From positions 1 to 54,352 of the forward strand of contig CAWBPM010000003.1 of the NCBI GenBank assembly GCA_963790825.1: a DNA stretch of 54,352 bases. Reading direction: 5' to 3'. Under the pieces are notes generated by a model. That model made no database searches, was not told the DNA's origin, and saw only the letters and a list, made by a program, of their open reading frames with translations. Source of the DNA: Candidatus Levyibacteriota bacterium. GTDB taxonomy: Bacteria > Patescibacteriota > Microgenomatia > Levybacterales > UBA12049. The translations under genes and the position numbers were made by a program. Shown one piece after another: positions 47,689-54,352 of the stretch (position 1 is its first letter; the number at the start of each line of letters is the position of its first letter).

Positions 47689-48912
47689 TCATAAATACTT
47701 CTCAAGAAAAGCTGAGATTACCTTTTCAAGCTTTTCTAAATGTTTCTTTTCTATTCCATGGTGGCATCCGATGATGAATCCTCTTTTCATGATTGCGTCT
47801 GCCTGAGGAAAATCGTTAAGTCCTTTATGGAAAATGCCTTTGAACCCCGGCTGACGCAGAATATTACCGGTAAATATAACACGTGTTTGAATATTATTTT
47901 TTTCCAAATATGTCGTAAGCTCTAATCGTGAAAACGGAGCATCTTCAGTAATAGTAAGTGGAAATCCCAGCCATTGTGTGGTAACTTTACCATCCTGCTG
48001 CGGATTTATGAAGAATTTTTTATATTTTTTGAAAAACTTTTGTAGATAAGCAAAGTTATATTCTCTCGTTTTTTTGAATCGAGGCAATTTCTCAAATTGG
48101 GCATTTCCGAAGGCAGCACCCATCTCGTTGGGAAGAAAATTATATCCAACCTCATTAAAGATAAATTTCGCGTCATAAGGAATATTTTCTACTTTGACAC
48201 TAAACCGTTTTGCAATATCTTCCGTCTCTCCTATCAGAGCAGAACTTCTTCCCCATCCTCTCAGCATCTTTGCTCTATCAGCCCATTCTTTCCTTTGGAC
48301 CATAACCATACCGCCATTGCCGCCTGCCGTAATAATATGCGAGCCAAAAAAACTTGTAGTAGAGATGTCCGAATATGTTCCGGTTGGCTTTCCGGCATAT
48401 GTCGCTCCCAACGTATCACATGAATCTTCGATAATATACAGTTTATGCTTTTTTGCGAGAACTGAAAGTCTTTTCATATCCGGAACATTTCCAAGAAGAA
48501 ACGGGACAAGAATTGCTTTTGTTTTTTTGGTAATCAACTTCTCGATTTGATCAACATTAATAATGTACTTCCCCTCCTCAACGTCGGCAAACACAGGAAC
48601 CAGCCCTTTTTGTAATAAAGGCGCAACTGTTGTTGAAAAAGTGAGAATAGGAGTAATTACTTCCGATCCTTGCGGGAGATTTAATAATTCTACTGCCAGA
48701 AGATTTGCAGAAGATCCGGAATTTACCATAATTCCGAATTTTTTTCCGAAGGCTTTAGCAACCCTTACTTCAAACTCAGCGGTTTCACTTCCTAAATTAG
48801 TTCTATGTTCCTCCATCACTCTAACAACCCTGTCTACTTCCGACTTGTCATAAACGGATAGAGCATATGAAACACGTAAGGATGTATCTGTTTTTTTCTT
48901 TCCGGCTGTCAT
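47689..48912 (-). CDS. RfbH/E1-like PLP-dependent sugar dehydratase lacking Fe-S ligands (probable start 48912)
   Basis: NSGSSANLLA, EDSCDTLG, SFFGSHII, GWGR, KRF..YDAKF..GYN, IQTR.IF.GN; TATAAT 8 nt before ATG 48912. Confidence 0.8.
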   Translation of the reverse strand: MTAGKKKTDTSLRVSYALSVYDKSEVDRVVRVMEEHRTNLGSETAEFEVRVAKAFGKKFGIMVNSGSSANLLAVELLNLPQGSEVITPILTFSTTVAPLLQKGLVPVFADVEEGKYIINVDQIEKLITKKTKAILVPFLLGNVPDMKRLSVLAKKHKLYIIEDSCDTLGATYAGKPTGTYSDISTTSFFGSHIITAGGNGGMVMVQRKEWADRAKMLRGWGRSSALIGETEDIAKRFSVKVENIPYDAKFIFNEVGYNFLPNEMGAAFGNAQFEKLPRFKKTREYNFAYLQKFFKKYKKFFINPQQDGKVTTQWLGFPLTITEDAPFSRLELTTYLEKNNIQTRVIFTGNILRQPGFKGIFHKGLNDFPQADAIMKRGFIIGCHHGIEKKHLEKLEKVISAFLEKYL

Positions 48913-48973
48913 ATAACGCAATTATATATCGTTACTCAAATAATTCAAGAGACATTTTAAAACAACTCCTTGT

Positions 48974-49762
48974 TTAGTCAAAAGACGGATTTATTTTCAC
49001 TCGTTTAATAACATAGTCTTTGTCGTAATAATGGAGTATTTTCAATCGGTAAAAAACAGCAAATGTGTCCCACAGCATGGAGAAAACGGCTTTCCATAAA
49101 TTTTTCACCATGATACTGCTTCCCCAATCAAATTTTAATTTTATGGGTGCTTCGACAATTTTTTTATACCCGAGGTAATGAGCGACTGCCAATGTTTCAA
49201 CATCAAAAGCATATCTTTTCACGGCAAGTCGGGGGAAAACATCAAAGACAACATGCTTTCTAAATATTTTTAATCCTACTTGAGTATCGCGCACCGATAA
49301 ACCGAATAAAATTTTAATTAATGTTCTATACCCCCATGATAATATTTTCCGCTGTATAGGATACGATACAACGGAATCGGGATGTAACTTGCTTCCGATG
49401 ACAATATCGGCATCATGCAAATTCATGAAATAAAGCATTACCTCAACTCCCCTCGGGTCGATTTCCGCCCCTCCGTCAAGAAATCCTATAACGTCTCCCT
49501 TCGCTTTTAACATTCCGTACCGCACCGCGAACCCTTTTCCCTTGTTTTTTGGATAACCAAGAATTCTTATTTTCTTATTCGTCAATAATTTCGGATTAAA
49601 TGTCACATCTTCTCTCCCGTCAATAACAAAAATCAGTTCGTATTGTACCGGAAGTTTGGCAAAAACTTTCTCAAGAACTTTTATCTGTTTTTCAATTGTT
49701 TTTTCCTGTAAATAGGTAGGCAGAACCAGAGAAATAAGTTTAATTTCTTTTTTCTTGCGCAT
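48974..49762 (-). CDS. GT2 polyprenol-phosphate glycosyltransferase (DPM1/Alg5-like)
   Basis: NKGKGFAVRYG, IVIGSK, RDTQVGLK, AFDVE. Confidence 0.85.
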   Translation of the reverse strand: MRKKKEIKLISLVLPTYLQEKTIEKQIKVLEKVFAKLPVQYELIFVIDGREDVTFNPKLLTNKKIRILGYPKNKGKGFAVRYGMLKAKGDVIGFLDGGAEIDPRGVEVMLYFMNLHDADIVIGSKLHPDSVVSYPIQRKILSWGYRTLIKILFGLSVRDTQVGLKIFRKHVVFDVFPRLAVKRYAFDVETLAVAHYLGYKKIVEAPIKLKFDWGSSIMVKNLWKAVFSMLWDTFAVFYRLKILHYYDKDYVIKRVKINPSFD

Positions 49763-51011
49763 ATAATTTAATATAATATAGTATAAGTGAGATTAAGAGT
49801 AAAGTAGTAATTCCCATGGAGATAAAAATAACCTGAGCAAGCGACTGATGAAAAAACCACAGTAAGAGCACTTGACAGAAGGCACTTATAACAATAGGTA
49901 AGTAAATACCGGTTTTTTTAATAGACAAAAAGAAGTTGATCATTACATTTAATAGGGAATAAATGACAATAAAGAGTGAAAATAGCCACAAAAGCGGGTA
50001 CATTCGTAAATATTCATGGTTTTTGAAGAGGACCGAAATTACAAACTGAGGAAAAAGTATGTTACCTGCCATGATTATAACAGCAGGAAGTAGTGTCAGG
50101 AGAAGAGACATAAAAAAGAGCTTATTGTATCTCTCTTTTTTTGTATGCTTTTGGACAATAAGCGGGAACATGACGGTGCTAATCGGTGCCGTTACAAAAA
50201 ATATAATTTTCCCTACAAGGGATAATCCTGCATATAACCCGGCTGTTTGTGGATTAAAAAAATGTTTGACCAAAAGGATATCCGTATTAATAAATGCTGT
50301 AAATCCGAGAAAAATAATAGCTGCAGGTGCTCCGAATGAAAATATTTCACCTATATTAACTCTGTTGTCCATATGTACATTTTTCAATACAATTCTTAAC
50401 GGATAGAAGCTAATAAGAATCGTGATTAGAAAAGAAAGAATATATGCCCACATAACCCCTTTTACCGAATAACCCAGCAGTAAAAATATAATCCCGAATA
50501 AAAGTTTTAATGCTGTTCCGGCGATCGATAGAAGCGAAGAAGAAAGGAAAGCAAGTTTTGCCTGTAATAAGCCTGTATTAACCGTACCAATATAGCTTAG
50601 AAACACAAGAAGTCCGACGAGAACAATGAGTGAAGTGTCGTGGATATGAAAAAACCTCTCTACATAGGAAGAAAAAACGAGAGATGAAACAAGAATAAAA
50701 ACTCCAATGATTAATGAAAAAATTCCCAACCGTATAAATAGAGTACGTACTTTCCCGTATTCACTATGTGCAAAGTAACTGGCAGCAAACCGAACTACAG
50801 TGGGAACCATTGCTCCGGCAGGTATGGTAACCAAAGCGAAAAATGACATGAGACTCGCAACTACTCCATAATTAACAATACTAAGGTTTCTGGCAATAAA
50901 AATACTAAAGAGAAAACTAAAAAAATTTGCGGCATTTGCTCCTATAAACATAATAAAACTCCCCGAAATAAGTGGATGCCGCAGAGAGTTTTTCAAGTGA
51001 GTAACATTCAT
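49740..51011 (-). CDS. wzx: Oligosaccharide flippase (Wzx/MOP family)
   Basis: About 12 TM, AR.L...YG, NTDILLVKHFF, AGLY, GKIIFF, VMFP. Confidence 0.85.
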   Translation of the reverse strand: MNVTHLKNSLRHPLISGSFIMFIGANAANFFSFLFSIFIARNLSIVNYGVVASLMSFFALVTIPAGAMVPTVVRFAASYFAHSEYGKVRTLFIRLGIFSLIIGVFILVSSLVFSSYVERFFHIHDTSLIVLVGLLVFLSYIGTVNTGLLQAKLAFLSSSLLSIAGTALKLLFGIIFLLLGYSVKGVMWAYILSFLITILISFYPLRIVLKNVHMDNRVNIGEIFSFGAPAAIIFLGFTAFINTDILLVKHFFNPQTAGLYAGLSLVGKIIFFVTAPISTVMFPLIVQKHTKKERYNKLFFMSLLLTLLPAVIIMAGNILFPQFVISVLFKNHEYLRMYPLLWLFSLFIVIYSLLNVMINFFLSIKKTGIYLPIVISAFCQVLLLWFFHQSLAQVIFISMGITTLLLISLILYYIKLYAQEKRN

Positions 51012-51115
51012 GAGTTAATGAGTTGATAACACAAGTTAAGAAAATTTGGAATCAGTTATAATGTCGTCGTCTAGTCTAGTAAGAAGTTTTTGGTTTTGCC
51101 ATATCATATTTCTCT

Positions 51116-52285
51116 TTATTCCTTCTTTCTTTCCAACTTTATTAGCACTATTTCTTTCATACCAAATATACTAATTATGTATAAAACAGGAAAAACAATA
51201 AACAAGTATCTGGAAAAAATTTGTCCAGAACTTAAAAAGACTAGATATATAACAGCCCAGATCATCAAAACTTCAATTTGAAGATTATGTTTTATTTTCC
51301 GGAAAATGTAGAGAGTAATTGTTGCAAGTGAAAATGTAGTAATAATCGGCCACATTGGAGACCACAGAGGATCCGGGATAACTGGCTGATTACCAAACCA
51401 TACATACCAGCGATCTAAAAAGATTAACGACCATACGGAGAAAGGTAATATCAACTGACTTTTGTGATAGAGAAAAACATATTTTTGTATCCCAAGAAAA
51501 CTAAAAAAAGAATAAGACTTGAAAGAAAAAACACGGATATATGTAAGCAGTAAGATAACAATCGAGATAGGAAACGTAACGGTATATGGAATGATAGGTC
51601 TCCAATACTTGTGTAAAAATAAGAGTCCATACATTGCGGCGACAAGTGTCAAACCGGAAACAAAAAACTTTGTAGAAATAAAAAAACCTAAGAAAATATT
51701 CGTAATAAAAAAATATAACCAGTACTTTTTAGTTTTTAACGCCTTATTAAAAAAATATAAGCAGAATACCACATACGTCAGCTGCATAATATCAAAAACT
51801 GGTACTGCGATAAACTGATTTTTAAATAGAGGCTCGAAACTATACAGAAGAGGTGTAAGGAGCGCAAGAGCTGTAGACGAAAGAATTTGTTTTCCAAGCA
51901 TATACATAGCTAAAATAGAAAGTACCCCAAAAATGACAATAACTATGCTTTCATTATTAAAGAGCAATTCGGAAAGTCCAATTAAGTATTTACCTAGCGG
52001 CGGCGCATCAACATTAATAAGGATAGGACTTACTCCCTTTATATATTGTCCACCAGCGTATGCATATAACATCTGGTCAGAAATTATAATCGGGTGATGT
52101 TTTCGCACATATTGAGAATTATCATATAAATATTTTAAATGCGGTACTTTTTGCCAGTAATTAAAATCCAGGTATTGACTTCTCTGCTGAAACAAGAGGA
52201 GACAAATGTTAAAACAAATGATAAGAAGCATGAGAAGCACTATTACTTTCTCTCTTCTGTGTAGAAAATGCATAGAAGTATCCAT
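51116..52285 (-). CDS. GT-C membrane glycosyltransferase (PMT/ArnT-like)
   Basis: SDQ.LY, DAPPLGKYLIG (PMT HPPLGK-like), STK, RYL; multi-TM. Confidence 0.75.
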   Translation of the reverse strand: MDTSMHFLHRREKVIVLLMLLIICFNICLLLFQQRSQYLDFNYWQKVPHLKYLYDNSQYVRKHHPIIISDQMLYAYAGGQYIKGVSPILINVDAPPLGKYLIGLSELLFNNESIVIVIFGVLSILAMYMLGKQILSSTALALLTPLLYSFEPLFKNQFIAVPVFDIMQLTYVVFCLYFFNKALKTKKYWLYFFITNIFLGFFISTKFFVSGLTLVAAMYGLLFLHKYWRPIIPYTVTFPISIVILLLTYIRVFSFKSYSFFSFLGIQKYVFLYHKSQLILPFSVWSLIFLDRWYVWFGNQPVIPDPLWSPMWPIITTFSLATITLYIFRKIKHNLQIEVLMIWAVIYLVFLSSGQIFSRYLFIVFPVLYIISIFGMKEIVLIKLERKKE

Positions 52286-52300
52286 ATAGAAGCACTTTTC

Positions 52301-53269
52301 TTATACGTGTCGTTTGTGCCACATCCAGGCTGATTTGATAATCGTTTCCAGATCTGAATATTTAGGATTAAATCCCAAAAGGTTTATAGCTTTCGTATTA
52401 TCAGCAAAAACTTTTGGCGGGTCGCCTGCCCGTTTACTCTCAATAACAATCTGAAAATCTTTTCCGCTGACTTTTTTTACCATTTGCAATACTTCCAAAT
52501 TTGAATATCCTTTTCCGGTACCCAGGTTAAAGTAATTACTTTTTTTATTTTTTTCAAAATACTCAATTGCCTGAATATGTCCGGCAGCCAAGTCTAAAAT
52601 ATGTATGTAATCACGGATACACGTTCCATCCGGTGTTTCATAATCATTACCAAAAAGTATAAACGAAGGAAGTTGCCCCAAAGCTGCCTGGATCGCAATG
52701 GGTATAATATGTGTTTCAGGATTATGATCTTCCCCCAATGTTCCATCAGGAAACGCACCTGCTGCGTTAAAATAGCGCAAATTAATATAGTGTATACCGT
52801 AAATTTTTTCATACCAATCAATTATTTTTTCAAACATTAATTTCGTCTCTCCATACACGCTTTCAGGTTTTTTCGATTCTTCCTCTGTTACCGGCAGTTT
52901 CTCAGGCGTTCCGTAGATCGAACATGATGAGGAGAAAATTATCAACGGAATTTTCCGTTCTTTCATAAACTCCAGGAGATTTAATCCTCCCTGCAGATTA
53001 CTACGGAAATATTTATAGGGATTTTGCATGGATTCGCCAGCGTAGGCGTAGCCGGCAAAATGAATAACCGCGTCAAATGTTCCTTCTACACTTTTTCGTA
53101 AGAAGTCAAGATCTAACAGATCACCAACGATAATCGGACAATTTACCGATGTTTTGTGACCATACACAAGGTTATCAAATACTACGACGTCAAAGCTTTT
53201 TTTTTGCAGCTCATGTACCGTCGCACTGCCGATATAGCCGGCCCCACCTGTTACCAAAATCCGCTTCAT
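52301..53269 (-). CDS. galE: UDP-glucose 4-epimerase
   Basis: TGGAGYIGS, GESMQNP.KY, YGETK, LRYFNAAGA, DGTCIRDYIH, NLGTG.G.S, RAGDP. Confidence 0.95.
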   Translation of the reverse strand: MKRILVTGGAGYIGSATVHELQKKSFDVVVFDNLVYGHKTSVNCPIIVGDLLDLDFLRKSVEGTFDAVIHFAGYAYAGESMQNPYKYFRSNLQGGLNLLEFMKERKIPLIIFSSSCSIYGTPEKLPVTEEESKKPESVYGETKLMFEKIIDWYEKIYGIHYINLRYFNAAGAFPDGTLGEDHNPETHIIPIAIQAALGQLPSFILFGNDYETPDGTCIRDYIHILDLAAGHIQAIEYFEKNKKSNYFNLGTGKGYSNLEVLQMVKKVSGKDFQIVIESKRAGDPPKVFADNTKAINLLGFNPKYSDLETIIKSAWMWHKRHV

Positions 53270-53276
53270 AGTACTT

Positions 53277-53282
53277 ATTATA
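53277..53282 (-). promoter_or_regulatory. Leaderless-type -10 of galE
   Basis: TATAAT, 7 nt, ATG 53269. Confidence 0.6.
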
Positions 53283-53367
53283 CAGAATTTTCAATAAATA
53301 AATAGGGATATTTTAAATATTATACTTGGAATGGCTGTAGATTTACCTTACAATATACATATTACAT

Positions 53368-54352
53368 ATGTATATTCTTAATGCATTTCTTCTTTCATTC
53401 GCTTCAGTATTTCTGGCTGAATTTGGTGATAAGACGCAGTTAACCATTCTTCTTCTGACTCACAAAACCAACAGGCACCTATTATTTTTGACAGGAGTAA
53501 TTTCCGGTTTCTTTTTAGCTGATATTTTGGCAGTTATTGCCGGCCAATTTCTTTCTTTCGTTCTTCCTGCTACGTATGTTCGGATTATTGCCGGGATTAT
53601 TTTTATCCTTTTTGGTATATGGTCACTTAGAAAAAGGAGCGGGAAAGCGGAAGATAAAAAACAAATGGGAAATCCATTTGTAACAGGTCTTCTATTTATT
53701 TTTTTGGGAGAGTTTGGCGATAAGACGCAGATCGCGATTGCACTTCTCGCAACGAAATATAATCCTTTCCTCGTCTTTTTCGGAAGCCTTTGCGCGCTTG
53801 CATTAGTTTCCATAATTACCGTGTATTTGAGCAAGTTATTTTTATCCAAAATCAATAAGAAAATTCTAACAATTGCTTCGGGTATATTGTTTATCGTCCT
53901 TGGCATACTCTTTATCACTTTGTCTTTGAATAAGTCTAATACGCAGATTCAAACTTCTCCTTCTTATGCATTACTTTCTTCATCCTGGAAAAATTATAAA
54001 AATCAATTTATTTCTAACGGCCGTGTTATAGATACCAGCCAAAACGGAGACACGACTTCTGAAGGTCAGAGTTATGCATTGCTTCGAAGTGTCTGGATGT
54101 CCGATAAGCCGACATTTGACAGTGTTTGGAATTTTACGGAAGAAAATATGAAGCGTCCGAATGATAATCTTTTTGGCTGGAACTGGGGCAAACTAAAAAA
54201 TAATGCCTATGGTTTTATAGCAAACGGTGGGGAAAATACTGCCAGTGATGCTGATTCAGATATTGCTTTAGCATTAATTATTGCCGCAAATAGATGGGGT
54301 GAAGAAACGTACCTGCAAGATGCCAAAAATATTCTTCATGATTTTTGGATAT
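53368..54352 (+). CDS. GDT1/TMEM165 (UPF0016) transporter fused to glycoside hydrolase family 8; runs off the right edge; absent from ORF track
   Basis: Manual codon-by-codon translation from ATG 53368 with no stop: two EFGDKTQ motifs (53419, 53710), then WKNYK..GRVID..TTSEGQSYALL..LFGW..ASDADSDIALAL...RWG. Confidence 0.88.
   Translation, partial: MYILNAFLLSFASVFLAEFGDKTQLTILLLTHKTNRHLLFLTGVISGFFLADILAVIAGQFLSFVLPATYVRIIAGIIFILFGIWSLRKRSGKAEDKKQMGNPFVTGLLFIFLGEFGDKTQIAIALLATKYNPFLVFFGSLCALALVSIITVYLSKLFLSKINKKILTIASGILFIVLGILFITLSLNKSNTQIQTSPSYALLSSSWKNYKNQFISNGRVIDTSQNGDTTSEGQSYALLRSVWMSDKPTFDSVWNFTEENMKRPNDNLFGWNWGKLKNNAYGFIANGGENTASDADSDIALALIIAANRWGEETYLQDAKNILHDFWI

Noticed and set aside
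51012-51115. Possible 23-aa minus-strand mini-ORF between the GT-C gene and wzx
   Set aside because: No motif, promoter or other support
53460-53918. 152-aa minus-strand ORF in the track
   Set aside because: Antisense shadow of the GDT1 domain on the plus strand

Overview
Bacterial chromosome segment. Gene content and style suggest a Patescibacteria/CPR (Microgenomates-like) genome; this is inferred and not verified. About 1-7.9 kb is housekeeping: the start of the dcw cluster (mraZ-rsmH-ftsL-like-ftsI, with three MraZ boxes), a divergent lone purF, glyQS and recO. About 7.9-53.3 kb is one very large surface-glycan locus. It has a DUF4012 protein, an initiating phosphoglycosyltransferase, ManC, many GT4/GT2 enzymes, several GT-C-type membrane transferases, Wzx, acyl-, acetyl- and methyltransferases, GalE and a dead IS3-family element. 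It also encodes rare-sugar pathways: a ColD/ColC-like pair, an Fe-S-less RfbH-like dehydratase, and an inverted rfbF-rfbG-SDR island with two tandem split transketolases. The window ends in an ORF missed by the ORF track that fuses a GDT1/TMEM165 cation transporter in frame to a GH8 glycoside hydrolase. Top leads are this GDT1-GH8 fusion, the double-transketolase branched-sugar cassette (with a 38-nt identical patch between paralogs), an O-antigen-ligase/TMTC-like double-transferase fusion, NrdR-like boxes before purF and mraZ, many leaderless-type promoters, and in-frame heptamer-repeat insertions. No rRNA, tRNA or CRISPR array was recognised. All calls come from motif reading by eye; no searches were run.
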